A DNA stretch of 64,000 nt from an uncultured Flavipsychrobacter sp. (GTDB taxonomy: Bacteria > Bacteroidota > Bacteroidia > Chitinophagales > Chitinophagaceae), in contig CAYZTM010000009.1 of NCBI GenBank assembly GCA_964481425.1, positions 31,452-95,451 on the forward strand. The letters are read 5' to 3'. Positions 18,874 through 28,982 of the stretch are shown here, piece after piece; position 1 is the first letter of the stretch, and each line of letters begins with the position of its first letter. A program made the translations under genes and the position numbers. Below the pieces are notes generated by a model that made no database searches, was not told where the DNA came from, and saw nothing but the letters and a program-made list of their open reading frames with translations.

Positions 18874-20653
18874 TGCCATTCACTGCTCCCTGCTCCGGGT
18901 TGGGCAGGTCAGCATTTTGCGTTTTTTCCACTACCTCGCGGATAATATTATCAAGGCCTGTAGAGGCAAACTTGATGCCTTCCAGTATCTCCTGGTTCAT
19001 CGGGTCAGCAGGGTCTGTATAATTAAATAACTGGGCCAATCCTAATATACTGGCCACCGGCCCGCGTACCTTGTGCGATTGCAGCCAGGCTATCTCTTTC
19101 AGCACTTCGTTCTGCGCTTCTATCTTCAGCATTTTCTTTTTCTCATCGGTTATATCGCGCAGGTACACCGTAAGCCCCACCCTGGCGGGTTGTACATTTA
19201 TAAAGAGCCATTTCTCGAACTCCGGATAATATTCCTCGAAAGACACCGCCTCACCCATGACCATGGCCTTCTGCTGCGCCTTATAAAATTCCTTATCCTC
19301 GAAGCCGGGGAACACATCCCAAAGGTCATGACCGATGATCTCGCCACGCTTCATGTCCAGTATCCGTTCAAACTCCTTATTGATATAGGTCAGGTGCCAA
19401 TCGGCATCTACCGCATAGAACCCCTCTGCTATACTCTCCAATATGGCCGACATCTCTTTTACATTATCGCGCAGTTTATTTTCCACAGCCCTTAGTTGAG
19501 TAACGTCCAGCGTGATACCTGTTATCACCCTGTCGCCGCTCCTTTTATCCTTCTTCATTACCGCGCGGGTAACCAGCGTTTTCAGCGAGCCATCCCTATG
19601 GTAGATGCGATACTCCATCGATATTTTACTTACCACCGGCAACAAGCTAAGCGTCTCAGCCACTTTTTTCCGGTCATCGGGATGGACGATATTGGTCAGT
19701 ATATTCTTGTCATTGATGATCTCTCCCGGCGTATAGCCATATACCTGGAAACAGGCATCGTTGATGTAAAGCACACTAAAATCTGCCGCTTCACAAGACC
19801 AGATCACCTCCTCTGTAGCCGACAGCACACTATCGAACTGTTCATTTTGTTGCCTGATGACCTCATTAAGTTCTTCATTCTTTTGCTCCATCAACACTTT
19901 ATTGTTGATGTCGAAAGCAAGCATTACCCCTGCCTTCCGGCCTTCAAAACTGGTATTGTGTATATATACCTGAGCATAAAAGCGCTGGCCATCTTTTTTT
20001 ATCAACCGCCGCCTGCCGCTATTATAAAAGCTGTTAATTGCCGGGAGCTTTACGGTCTCCATCTGTGTATAAGCATCATCAGGGGCTCTTATACCCGATA
20101 TATCCATCTTCAGGAACTCCTCCCGTGTATAGCCATATGTATCCATTGCCGCAGCATTAACGGCAAGGAATTTCAAGGTAGCGCTATCATATATGAACAT
20201 GGGGATCGGGCTGTCCTCGAACAGCTTCAGGTAGTCGGTACGCGCATTATCGAGTGTATTATAGAAATGCTTGCGGGCAATGGCACATTGCAGGCTGTCC
20301 TGTAACGCTCGGCTATCATACACACCCTTAACAAGATAATCTTCGGCGCCTTCCTGCAGCAGGCCAAGTGCAGTTTTAACATTGCGGGCACGTGTCAGTA
20401 GAATGACGGGCACCCGAATGAATATCTTTTGCAACTGCCTGAAAGTACTTACCGGGCTGGGCTCTATAAGAGAAAGATTAATGAATATAACCTCGAGCAT
20501 TTCGTCCGGTACGGACAAAATATCACTTATAGAATTAAACTTCAGGATCTCATTTCCCGAGTAGCCAATGTCCAGTAACTGCTGACTCAGGAGGCCAAAA
20601 TCATCATTGTTATCTTCTACTATTAATATCTTTTTCCTTGGCTTGTTGAGCAT
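18863..20653 (-). CDS. response-regulator receiver + triple PAS + HisKA-like domain protein (no HATPase domain)
   Basis: 596 aa. The N-terminal REC domain (KILIVEDNNDD...) is followed by three PAS-like blocks. The C-terminus has an H-box-like WLQSHKVRGPVASILGL, and the protein then ends about 60 aa later with no N/G1/G2 ATPase boxes. Confidence 0.7.
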   Translation of the reverse strand: MLNKPRKKILIVEDNNDDFGLLSQQLLDIGYSGNEILKFNSISDILSVPDEMLEVIFINLSLIEPSPVSTFRQLQKIFIRVPVILLTRARNVKTALGLLQEGAEDYLVKGVYDSRALQDSLQCAIARKHFYNTLDNARTDYLKLFEDSPIPMFIYDSATLKFLAVNAAAMDTYGYTREEFLKMDISGIRAPDDAYTQMETVKLPAINSFYNSGRRRLIKKDGQRFYAQVYIHNTSFEGRKAGVMLAFDINNKVLMEQKNEELNEVIRQQNEQFDSVLSATEEVIWSCEAADFSVLYINDACFQVYGYTPGEIINDKNILTNIVHPDDRKKVAETLSLLPVVSKISMEYRIYHRDGSLKTLVTRAVMKKDKRSGDRVITGITLDVTQLRAVENKLRDNVKEMSAILESIAEGFYAVDADWHLTYINKEFERILDMKRGEIIGHDLWDVFPGFEDKEFYKAQQKAMVMGEAVSFEEYYPEFEKWLFINVQPARVGLTVYLRDITDEKKKMLKIEAQNEVLKEIAWLQSHKVRGPVASILGLAQLFNYTDPADPMNQEILEGIKFASTGLDNIIREVVEKTQNADLPNPEQGAVNGIKA

Positions 20654-20870
20654 ATTGAGTCATTACCTCTCCCTCCCTCAAAATGCAACGTGATAGATGT
20701 GGGCTCAAAGTTAAATAAAAGTTAAAAGCCAGTTAGTTATAAAGCCAGCTTAACCAAGCTTTAACTATAAGCAGCTCCCACAGTACCTGATCGGAACATT
20801 TTATCCCGAAATAAGTGAAACGGCTTGAAGTCATAAGATTAAGTCACATTTATTTTTATAATACTATGGC

Positions 20871-20901
20871 TTGTCTATGAATTATTTTGATTATACCTTT
20901 G
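20871..20901 (+). promoter_or_regulatory. Bacteroidota-type promoter (TTG-N20-TACCTTTG) upstream of the polysaccharide locus
   Basis: TTG at 20871-20873 and TAnnTTTG at 20894-20901. This implies a leader of about 190 nt before the wzc-like ATG at 21089. Confidence 0.35.
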
Positions 20902-21088
20902 CACTAATTCCATTATAGAGGAAACGCAAGCCTGTATCTTAAGGCTCCCGGAATTATAAACAAAACGCTTTTATCTACCCTTAAAAATTAAACGCACCAT
21001 TATGGTGTGTATTGTTGTGCGCAATAGCCCCATGCTCATTGCAGGGGAATAGTGCATAAAAAAACTGGATCATCATAAAACACCATAC

Positions 21089-23479
21089 ATGCAGGCACAG
21101 CCACGGGCACAAAGCGTTACCGGGAAACAAAATTCCAAACGTGAGGATTTTGATATAAAAAAAGTATTGGCAAAAGTATTGGGCAACTGGCTGTTGTATG
21201 CTGTGTGCCTGGTGATCGCATTTGCATTGGCCTACCTATACCTGCGCTACAGCACACCGGTATATAAAATACATGCTTCGGTACTCATAAAAGACGATAA
21301 AAAAACCGGCGATCTCGATAATACGGAGCTACTACAGGACCTGGGCCTTACATCCAGCGGAAAGAATGTAGACAATGAGGCCGAGATATTCAAAAGCCGT
21401 ACCCTGATGCTGGATGTGGTAAAAGACCTGCAGCTAAATGTGGGCTACTTCGTTACCGGGAATGTAAAGACAGATGAATCTTTCCACAATCGCCCTTTCA
21501 ACATGCGCTTCATCCCCTTATTTGAAGACTCCATTAAAAACAAATCATACAAATACCAGGTCAAACTCTCAGGTACCACCGGCTTCGAGATAAGCAATGA
21601 GCAGATAGATAAAAAAGGTCATTGGGGCGACACACTTATACTGGCACCCGGGCGGGTAATAATGGAACGCACTTATTTTCCGTTCCTTAAAGGAATAGAC
21701 GAATATACTGTTAGCATTACCAGCTACAAGAACGCCGTAAAAAAATACATGAGCGCTCTGAGCGTACAGATCGCCAACAAACAGGCAAGCATCATAGACC
21801 TTACACTGGATGAAAAGACCCCTGAGAAGGGAGAAGCGATAGTTAATAAACTGATAAAAGTGTATATGCAGGCCAGTGTGGACGACAAGAACCAGATAGC
21901 CGATAGTACCATAGGCTTCATTGACGCCAGGTTACAACTGGTGGGCCAGGAGCTTACCGATATAGAAAAAGAGATACAAAACTTCAAACAGGCTAACACA
22001 TTTACCGACCTCTCCGAACAATCAAAAGTATTGCTGAACAGCAACGAAGATGTATTCAACGAATTATCGAAACAGGAAGTGCAGCTCAATATCATTTCAT
22101 CGCTGGAGCAGTACCTGAAAGACAACGGGAACAGTCGCAGGATAGTACCCGCTTCCCTTACCATTCAGAATGACATATTGAACACTCTTATTGACAAATA
22201 CAATACCCTGCAACTGGAAAGGCAACGTATGCTGGTGAGTAATACCGAGGATAATCCGGTAGTGAAGAATTTCGACCAGCAATTAGACAATATTAAGGCC
22301 GACCTGATGGAAAGCATGGCCTCCGTAAAGCGCAGCATGGAGGTAAGCGTTTCTTCCATGCGTCAGCAGGCCGGTGCCGTGAACGATAAACTGCGCCAGT
22401 TACCTCCTAAAGAGCGTATTTATCTTGAGTATTCACGTCAGCAGAATATTAAGCAAGAGCTATACCTCTTCCTGCTTAAAAAACGTGAAGAAACCGCCAT
22501 TTCCAAATCATCTACACTTGCCAATGCACGCATCATAGATGCCGGAGCGGCTGATGAGGACCCCTTCAAGCCCAAAAAGTCCTCTGTCTTGATGGTGTCT
22601 TTGCTGTTGGGCCTGCTGGTACCATCAGCCTTTCTTTACCTGAAAGAGATATTAAGCCATAAGATCACCAGCAAAACAGACATTACCAGCGCTACCAGCC
22701 TGCCTATAATAGCCGAGATCGGCCATTTTGATGGCGACAACTCCGTAGCTGTGAGCATGAACTCTACCTCACCATTATCGGAACAGTTCAGGGCACTGCG
22801 TACTAACCTGCAGTTTACCATGACAGCAGAAAATGGCAAGACGGTACTCCTTACATCCAGCATGAGTGGAGAGGGTAAATCCTTCGTGGCCATCAATCTC
22901 GCCATAACCCTGGCTTTATCCGGTAAGAAAGTGGTATTGATGGAGCTGGATCTGCGAAAGCCGAAAATATCCAAACACCTTGGCCTCGACAACCGTTATG
23001 GATTCAGCAACTTCATCATCAAGCAGGCGGAGTACAGCCAGGTATTGCTGCCATCCGGGCTGGAGGATAGTATGTATGTGATACCATCCGGCCCTATACC
23101 CCCTAACCCTGCTGAACTATTGATGATGCCGCGTGTGGAGCAATTATTCACACAACTGAAAAAGGATTTTGACTATATCATTATAGATAGTGCACCTGTC
23201 GGCCTTGTGACCGACGCGCAGTTATTGGCAAAATATGCCGATACATCGCTTTATGTGATACGCCAGGGCTATACCCTGAAACCCCAGTTACAAATACCGG
23301 AAAGCATAGCTAATGAAGATAAGATGCAGCACCTGCACCTTGTAGTGAATGATGTGAAGCTGAACTACGGTTATGGTTACGGATACGGTTATGGATACGG
23401 TTATGGATATGGGTATGGCGGCTACGGCAATGAAGAAAAGAAAACCAGCAGGTGGAAAAGGATTTTCTTTAAGAAATAA
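21089..23479 (+). CDS. polysaccharide co-polymerase / tyrosine autokinase (Wzc/GumC-like)
   Basis: 796 aa. A Wzz-like periplasmic coiled-coil region sits between two TM segments. The BY-kinase Walker A is SSMSGEGKS, Walker A' is ELDLRKP and Walker B is IIIDSAPVG. The C-terminus is a Tyr-rich tail. Confidence 0.9.
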   Translation: MQAQPRAQSVTGKQNSKREDFDIKKVLAKVLGNWLLYAVCLVIAFALAYLYLRYSTPVYKIHASVLIKDDKKTGDLDNTELLQDLGLTSSGKNVDNEAEIFKSRTLMLDVVKDLQLNVGYFVTGNVKTDESFHNRPFNMRFIPLFEDSIKNKSYKYQVKLSGTTGFEISNEQIDKKGHWGDTLILAPGRVIMERTYFPFLKGIDEYTVSITSYKNAVKKYMSALSVQIANKQASIIDLTLDEKTPEKGEAIVNKLIKVYMQASVDDKNQIADSTIGFIDARLQLVGQELTDIEKEIQNFKQANTFTDLSEQSKVLLNSNEDVFNELSKQEVQLNIISSLEQYLKDNGNSRRIVPASLTIQNDILNTLIDKYNTLQLERQRMLVSNTEDNPVVKNFDQQLDNIKADLMESMASVKRSMEVSVSSMRQQAGAVNDKLRQLPPKERIYLEYSRQQNIKQELYLFLLKKREETAISKSSTLANARIIDAGAADEDPFKPKKSSVLMVSLLLGLLVPSAFLYLKEILSHKITSKTDITSATSLPIIAEIGHFDGDNSVAVSMNSTSPLSEQFRALRTNLQFTMTAENGKTVLLTSSMSGEGKSFVAINLAITLALSGKKVVLMELDLRKPKISKHLGLDNRYGFSNFIIKQAEYSQVLLPSGLEDSMYVIPSGPIPPNPAELLMMPRVEQLFTQLKKDFDYIIIDSAPVGLVTDAQLLAKYADTSLYVIRQGYTLKPQLQIPESIANEDKMQHLHLVVNDVKLNYGYGYGYGYGYGYGYGYGGYGNEEKKTSRWKRIFFKK
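23366..23428 (+). repeat. in-frame (TAY GGN)n tandem repeat encoding YGYGYGYGYGYGYGYGYGGYG
   Basis: Direct reading of 23366-23428 shows a hexanucleotide-period repeat inside the 3' end of the autokinase gene. Confidence 0.95.
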
Positions 23480-23533
23480 GGACCATTGTTTTTTATACCG
23501 GTATAAAATTGTTGTGCATCGTAAAATCAGGAA

Positions 23534-24805
23534 GTGAGTAAACACAGGTCATTAAAAACAAATTTTCTCTTCGCGCTGGCGGGCAATATGGTCTACATGG
23601 TTTGCCAATACTTTATCCTTATGCTTTTCACAAAGAATTACAGCAGCGGGATAGTGGGGGGATACCTTTTTTCCATAGCATTTGTAGCGCCCATAGTTAT
23701 ATCGGCCGATATGCAGTTGCGCAGTTTCTACGTTACAGAGAAATCCGCATCCCTGGGCTTTCATGAGTACCAGGGTTTTCGCATCATGTCCAATTCCCTG
23801 GCCCTCGTTGTCGTTGCCATCATGGGGTATATACTTCAACAGCAGTTGTTCCTTACGATAATGCTTATCGGGGGCATAAAAATAATAGAGAACCAGGTGG
23901 ATATGTACTATGCCTCTGTGCAGCGCATCGAACGCATGGACTACATTGCAGTCTCCAAGATGGTGCGTGGCCTTACCACACTTACTATGGTATTTATCTG
24001 TATTAAGGCAGGCTTCACCGTTGATACTATCTTACTCCTCTGGCTATCTTTATGGATCACCTTCCTGGTATTCGACGCCAACCTCTCCCTGAAGATCAGC
24101 CACCTGGCGAAGCGTACCGGCAAGTTCTTCGATGTCAAATCAATGATCGCTATCTTGAAAGTATGCATACCAGCGCTTATACTCCTGGTCGTTTTCCAGT
24201 ACTACTCTAATTTCCCTAACTATGTAGTTAAAGGCAAACTCGGGCTTTCTGCATTGGCCATATTCGGTTCCATAATCTATTTCCGCTCCATAGGGGCACA
24301 GGTTATTAACCCAATGGGCGCGGTCATTGCACCCCGGCTATCAGACTATTGGCGTACTGAACGCTATGCCGATTTCAACCACCTGCTTGGTCGTACCACT
24401 TTTCTTGCTTTTTTATTGGGGCTTGCCGGCATACTGGTGGCGCTGCCGTTTGGTAAGCAGATACTGCAACTGGTATATACCAAAGAATATGCGCAACACA
24501 GTATGCTGCTGGTACTCGTCATGGTATATTGCATGGCCACCTACCTGTATGTGTTCCTGGGTACAGCACTTACCTGCCTGCGGGTGCATTGGATCAAAGT
24601 CCCGATACACATCATTGCCTTCGCGGTATTGGCAGCGCTTACCTATTGGCAATACGCCTCGCTTACACTGACGAAGATCGTCATCAATATGATCATTGCG
24701 GAATCATTGACATTCCTGTTATATACACTTTCATTTATCGTATTGTACAACAAAATAAAGGACAATGGGTTTGCTGCAAAGGGCATATTTAAAAATATTG
24801 GCTAG
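23534..24805 (+). CDS. oligosaccharide flippase (Wzx/MOP family)
   Basis: 423 aa and polytopic, with about 12 hydrophobic segments. It sits in a polysaccharide locus. The start is a GTG in the track. Confidence 0.7.
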   Translation: MSKHRSLKTNFLFALAGNMVYMVCQYFILMLFTKNYSSGIVGGYLFSIAFVAPIVISADMQLRSFYVTEKSASLGFHEYQGFRIMSNSLALVVVAIMGYILQQQLFLTIMLIGGIKIIENQVDMYYASVQRIERMDYIAVSKMVRGLTTLTMVFICIKAGFTVDTILLLWLSLWITFLVFDANLSLKISHLAKRTGKFFDVKSMIAILKVCIPALILLVVFQYYSNFPNYVVKGKLGLSALAIFGSIIYFRSIGAQVINPMGAVIAPRLSDYWRTERYADFNHLLGRTTFLAFLLGLAGILVALPFGKQILQLVYTKEYAQHSMLLVLVMVYCMATYLYVFLGTALTCLRVHWIKVPIHIIAFAVLAALTYWQYASLTLTKIVINMIIAESLTFLLYTLSFIVLYNKIKDNGFAAKGIFKNIG

Positions 24806-25286
24806 GGTCTCTCCTCGTACCTTTTACAAAAAGGTAGGCGTGCATGTCGGCAAGGGCACGCGCATCATGGGTTCGCTGTATAGGATATTCAGCGAAGAGG
24901 CCTATCTCATCAGCATAGGTGAAGATTGCCTCCTATCCAGCGAAGTGACCTTACTGACCCACGACGGATCGGTAGATGTGATCAGGAATGAATTTCCCCG
25001 GGCCGACAGGATAAAACCTGTCACCATTGGTAACAACGTTTTTATCGGGTATCGTACCATTGTGATGCCGGGAGTGACCATTGGCAGCAATGTGGTGATA
25101 GGAGCAGGATCAGTAGTGAATAAAGATGTACCCTCAAATACGGTATATGCCGGGGTACCTGCAAAGTTTATTAAGACAATTGAGGAATATAAAGAATCGA
25201 TAATACCGCAACTGACCGAGTTAAAACATCTCAGTTATAAAGAAAAAAGAGAAGCCCTGCTGAAACATTTCGGAAAGCAGAATTGA
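24765..25286 (+). CDS. hexapeptide-repeat (LbH) O-acyltransferase
   Basis: 173 aa. Left-handed beta-helix hexapeptides are present: IGNNVFIGYRTIVMPGVTIGSNVVIGAGSVV. Confidence 0.8.
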   Translation: MGLLQRAYLKILARVSPRTFYKKVGVHVGKGTRIMGSLYRIFSEEAYLISIGEDCLLSSEVTLLTHDGSVDVIRNEFPRADRIKPVTIGNNVFIGYRTIVMPGVTIGSNVVIGAGSVVNKDVPSNTVYAGVPAKFIKTIEEYKESIIPQLTELKHLSYKEKREALLKHFGKQN

Positions 25287-26623
25287 TGTCTTATAGTAAC
25301 CGGATATTGATAGCCATACTCACCATGGCAGCATGTATAGCGCTGTTCCTGTATGCGCCCGCCGCGCGCAGCTCAGGCTATTCGGCATACGTATGCCTGC
25401 TATCCGGGCTTTGCCTCTACCTCAACATCCGGTATTCGGTGCGGGGCTTATGGTCTGCCAGTTCTATATTCATCGTCATTTTCTGGTGCTTTCACTTCGG
25501 TGTTATCTTGTCCAATGCTGCCGGGTTGAATATAGCTTCAGCTACCGGCAACGATATATTCTGGCGTTGGATCGATAGTCCCTATTATACCAATGCCGAG
25601 GGTCTGGCGCTCCTGGGTATTGCTGCCTTTACATTCATCACGCTCCTAAGGTCCAACAAGTATCCCGAAGAAGAAGAGGAAGATATCACAGAGCATCTTT
25701 CGGAATCCCCTTACTACCGCCCGCTTACAGTACTCGGTTATGCACTCTTATTAGGTGGTATCAGTGGCTGGTTCTATATCATGCTGAGCATGGGCGGTGT
25801 TAGTGCTTTATTTGCAGGCTATGCATTCTACCTGCGCTTTATCGAGAACTATCCGCTCATCTCCACTATATACTGGGCCATTGGTGTGGGCCTAGCAATG
25901 CTCGGGGTAATTAACGACTGGAAAAAGATACGTCCCGGCATTCTCATATTCGTAGGCTGGAGTCTCATCGCATTCGTAATGGGGCTGAGGGGTGAGGTAC
26001 TCTACCCCGCATCTGCCTTCCTCGTTACCTATTCGCGTCAAACCAGGCTGCCACAGAGCCCGTGGTTGCTGGTCATACCCGTCATATTACTCTCACTCAT
26101 CTCTTTTGTGCGGGTATACAGGGTAGACGAACAGGTAAACTCAGAAAGTTTTAACCCTATTTATGGGCTGCTTGAGTTGGGTGGCTCGCTGCAAACGGTC
26201 GTCATAGCCGAGGATTGGGTACACAACGGTACCGATCATTTCCACTATGGAGAAACCATCTGGGCCCCTTTCGACAGGCTGCTCGATAGGGTCATCCTGG
26301 CCAACCGGGCCGACGGCGGTAAAGACATGCGGCTAATGAATGTGGCCATGAGTGAACGCAATGGGCCCTATGGCTTTTCGCCTATCGCAGAGGGTTACAT
26401 CAATATGGGTGCAACAGGTGTGGTCATACTGATGATGCTATTATCAATCCTGCTCAACTATTTCGACACAAGGCCTGTAGGTATTTTAACCGACCCGCTT
26501 ACAGGTGGTATCACTTTTATTTTATTCACCTTCGTCAGGAACTCGTTCTCCCACATACCGGGACAAACCTTATTACTGGCAACGATCATCATGTTAACAT
26601 ATGGAATATTCAGAAAACGGTAA
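25283..26623 (+). CDS. O-antigen/EPS polymerase (Wzy-like) membrane protein
   Basis: 446 aa with more than 10 TM segments, no soluble domains and an internal acidic loop. The call rests on position between the flippase and the glycosyltransferases. Confidence 0.6.
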   Translation: MMSYSNRILIAILTMAACIALFLYAPAARSSGYSAYVCLLSGLCLYLNIRYSVRGLWSASSIFIVIFWCFHFGVILSNAAGLNIASATGNDIFWRWIDSPYYTNAEGLALLGIAAFTFITLLRSNKYPEEEEEDITEHLSESPYYRPLTVLGYALLLGGISGWFYIMLSMGGVSALFAGYAFYLRFIENYPLISTIYWAIGVGLAMLGVINDWKKIRPGILIFVGWSLIAFVMGLRGEVLYPASAFLVTYSRQTRLPQSPWLLVIPVILLSLISFVRVYRVDEQVNSESFNPIYGLLELGGSLQTVVIAEDWVHNGTDHFHYGETIWAPFDRLLDRVILANRADGGKDMRLMNVAMSERNGPYGFSPIAEGYINMGATGVVILMMLLSILLNYFDTRPVGILTDPLTGGITFILFTFVRNSFSHIPGQTLLLATIIMLTYGIFRKR

Positions 26624-27707
26624 GAAGAGGGTGCTGCATATATTCGGCATACTTAACAGGGGCGGGGCTGAAACCCGCACACTCGCCTTTATGCGGCGCA
26701 ATAAGGATGCCCCGGTCATTTTCGATTTTATAGTGCTTACCGGCGCCCGGGGCATCCTTGATGACGAATTCAGGCAGGTGATCAAAGGTGAGATTAACTA
26801 TATACGTCTCGACCGTTCTTTCTTTTTCAAATACATTCGTTTACTCCGGAAGAATAAATACTATGCGATACACTCACATGTATTATTGGTCTCAGCACTT
26901 TTCCTGATGATAGCGCGCTTTGCAGGTGTACCTGTTCGCATCGCTCACCTAAGAAGCACCGGCAGTGGTGTGAAAACAACATTTAGAAAACTGAGAGATG
27001 TACTGCTCAGGAGTATGATGCTACGTTTTGCAACTAACATTGTAACAGTATCTGAAAGTGTGGCAAAAGCGATCTTTAAAGAAAATTATGCACGTTATTC
27101 AAAAATAAAGGTCATCTACAACGGCTTTGCCCTCATCGAGAACAAATCAGTAAAAAGTAACAGAAAAGTTAAAATTGGACATATTGGTCGCTTCGACCCC
27201 TCTAAGAACCACATGTTCCTGTCTGAGATATATGATATGGTCTGCACCGAAGACCCTGATGTCACCTGCTCCATGACCGGCAAACTAGATAACAATATCT
27301 ATCCTGTAGTTGCCACTTCACTAAAAAAGTGGACTGATCCGGGCAGGGTGATCATTCAAAGCGAGAACAGTAACATACCCGGTGAGCTCAGCACCTATGA
27401 CATCCTCATTTCCACCAGCCTGTGGGAAGGCTTACCCGGCGCTATTATTGAGGCGCTCTCGGCCGGTGTGCCCGTGTTGGCAAGCGGTATAGAACCCAAT
27501 AAGGAAGTAGCATCAAAGCTCGAAGGCATTACAATAGTGGATGGATGGGATAAGAACGAGTGGAAGAAACAAGTTTTAACACTTATTAACAAAGTGCGGA
27601 ATTCGGATAAGCAGGACACTGTAAAGCAGCTACAGGCCTCGTTTTTAGCCAGTCCGTTCTATTATAAAAACACTGATAACGAATTGTTAAAAATCTATAA
27701 GGTATAA
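26601..27707 (+). CDS. glycosyltransferase family 4 (GT-B)
   Basis: 368 aa. N-terminal GGAE and the C-terminal EGLPGAIIEALSAGVPVL (E-x7-E region) are present. Confidence 0.8.
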   Translation: MEYSENGKKRVLHIFGILNRGGAETRTLAFMRRNKDAPVIFDFIVLTGARGILDDEFRQVIKGEINYIRLDRSFFFKYIRLLRKNKYYAIHSHVLLVSALFLMIARFAGVPVRIAHLRSTGSGVKTTFRKLRDVLLRSMMLRFATNIVTVSESVAKAIFKENYARYSKIKVIYNGFALIENKSVKSNRKVKIGHIGRFDPSKNHMFLSEIYDMVCTEDPDVTCSMTGKLDNNIYPVVATSLKKWTDPGRVIIQSENSNIPGELSTYDILISTSLWEGLPGAIIEALSAGVPVLASGIEPNKEVASKLEGITIVDGWDKNEWKKQVLTLINKVRNSDKQDTVKQLQASFLASPFYYKNTDNELLKIYKV

Positions 27708-27797
27708 GAGAGTATATAGTATAAGCAGAAATAAAAAACAAATTTTACAGTGTATTACCATCCCCGGGTAATTTACTGTTGACATATAGAGAGAGCC

Positions 27798-28982
27798 ATG
27801 AACACCAAAACAGTAAATATCATTCTTGAGTTCAGGTTTTACAAAGATGAGCAAGGTGTCATATACACCGATGCTTCTTTCGACTACCTGTTCTGGCAAA
27901 GGTACCTGATGGTATTTGACGAGGTGCGTATTATTGCCCGTGCAAAACCGGTCACACAGTCTGATATTGCTGATAATTGGAAAAAGGTGACGGGCCCTAA
28001 AGTATCTTTTACGGCCATTCCTTACTATCATGGTGTATCCGACCTCGTAAAGAACATGCCTTCAGTGGTAAAAGAGATCAAAAAGATCATAGCGGCAGAT
28101 AATAATCCCTACATATTGCGCATGCCCTCTATAATAGGCGTGCTTTTTTTTGCAAGCAGCCGCAATATGCAGCATAGGGCTTATGGCATCGAGATGGTGG
28201 GTGATCCTGAAGAAGTGTTCGCATCACTGCCTGTTTTGTACAAACCGCTTGGTGGTATGTTCGTAAGGAGAACTCGTTCTATTATTCGCCGCGCCAAAGC
28301 GGCAGCTTATGTGGAGCGCGCCATATTACCTAAGAAATATCCTGTAGCCATAGGCGTAAAGCCCTACTTCTTCTCCAGTATCAACTTGCCGGAACATAGC
28401 ATATTATCAGGTACTAAGAAGAAAAAAGACAACAAAACATTACATATCATATCCATCGGCATACTCGACCAGATGTACAAGGGTCCGGATATATTGCTCC
28501 GGGCACTGGCCATTTGCAAAGAGCAAGGCTTCCCTTTTCAAATGGTATGGATTGGCGGCGGCCTGAATCTCGAAAAAGTAAAGCAAATGGCCGGAGAGCT
28601 CGGCATTGGTAATGTCGTGAGCTTCCTGGGCACCATTACTGAACGGGACAGGATAGAGCAGGAAATGGACAATTCAGACCTGTTTGTCCTTGCATCAAGG
28701 ACCGAAGGCCTGCCCCGTGCTATGATCGAGGCTATGGCCCGTGGCCTTGCCTGCATCGGCTCAAGAGTGGGAGGCATACCCGAATTGTTGGATAAGGAAT
28801 ACCTTTTTGAAAAAGAAAATTACAGGCAACTGGCAGAGATGATCATGAAAGTAGGTAGGGATGAACAAAAGCTTGCCACAATGTCGGCACAGAATATAGA
28901 AACTGCTAAAAGATATACGAATAGCAGGCTCGACAAAGAGCGTGCAGGGTTTTACTCAACCGTTTTAAACGCAAGTGCATGA
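27798..28982 (+). CDS. glycosyltransferase family 4 (GT-B)
   Basis: 394 aa. The C-terminal motif is TEGLPRAMIEAMARGLACIGSRVGGIPE. Confidence 0.8.
   Translation: MNTKTVNIILEFRFYKDEQGVIYTDASFDYLFWQRYLMVFDEVRIIARAKPVTQSDIADNWKKVTGPKVSFTAIPYYHGVSDLVKNMPSVVKEIKKIIAADNNPYILRMPSIIGVLFFASSRNMQHRAYGIEMVGDPEEVFASLPVLYKPLGGMFVRRTRSIIRRAKAAAYVERAILPKKYPVAIGVKPYFFSSINLPEHSILSGTKKKKDNKTLHIISIGILDQMYKGPDILLRALAICKEQGFPFQMVWIGGGLNLEKVKQMAGELGIGNVVSFLGTITERDRIEQEMDNSDLFVLASRTEGLPRAMIEAMARGLACIGSRVGGIPELLDKEYLFEKENYRQLAEMIMKVGRDEQKLATMSAQNIETAKRYTNSRLDKERAGFYSTVLNASA

Noticed and set aside
19496-20305. 269-aa plus-strand ORF, and similar long antisense ORFs (7432..7989, 8370..8870, 5916..6230, 34477..34950, 55786..56208).
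   Set aside because: Each lies entirely inside and antisense to a well-supported gene with clear motifs. Their compositions are typical of shadow frames, rich in Ile/Leu/His/Arg with no motifs.
20654-21088. Missing wza-like gene hidden in the 435-bp spacer upstream of wzc.
   Set aside because: No ORF of meaningful length lies in any frame of the spacer. It is AT-rich with a promoter-like TTG-N20-TACCTTTG, consistent with a leader or regulatory region.
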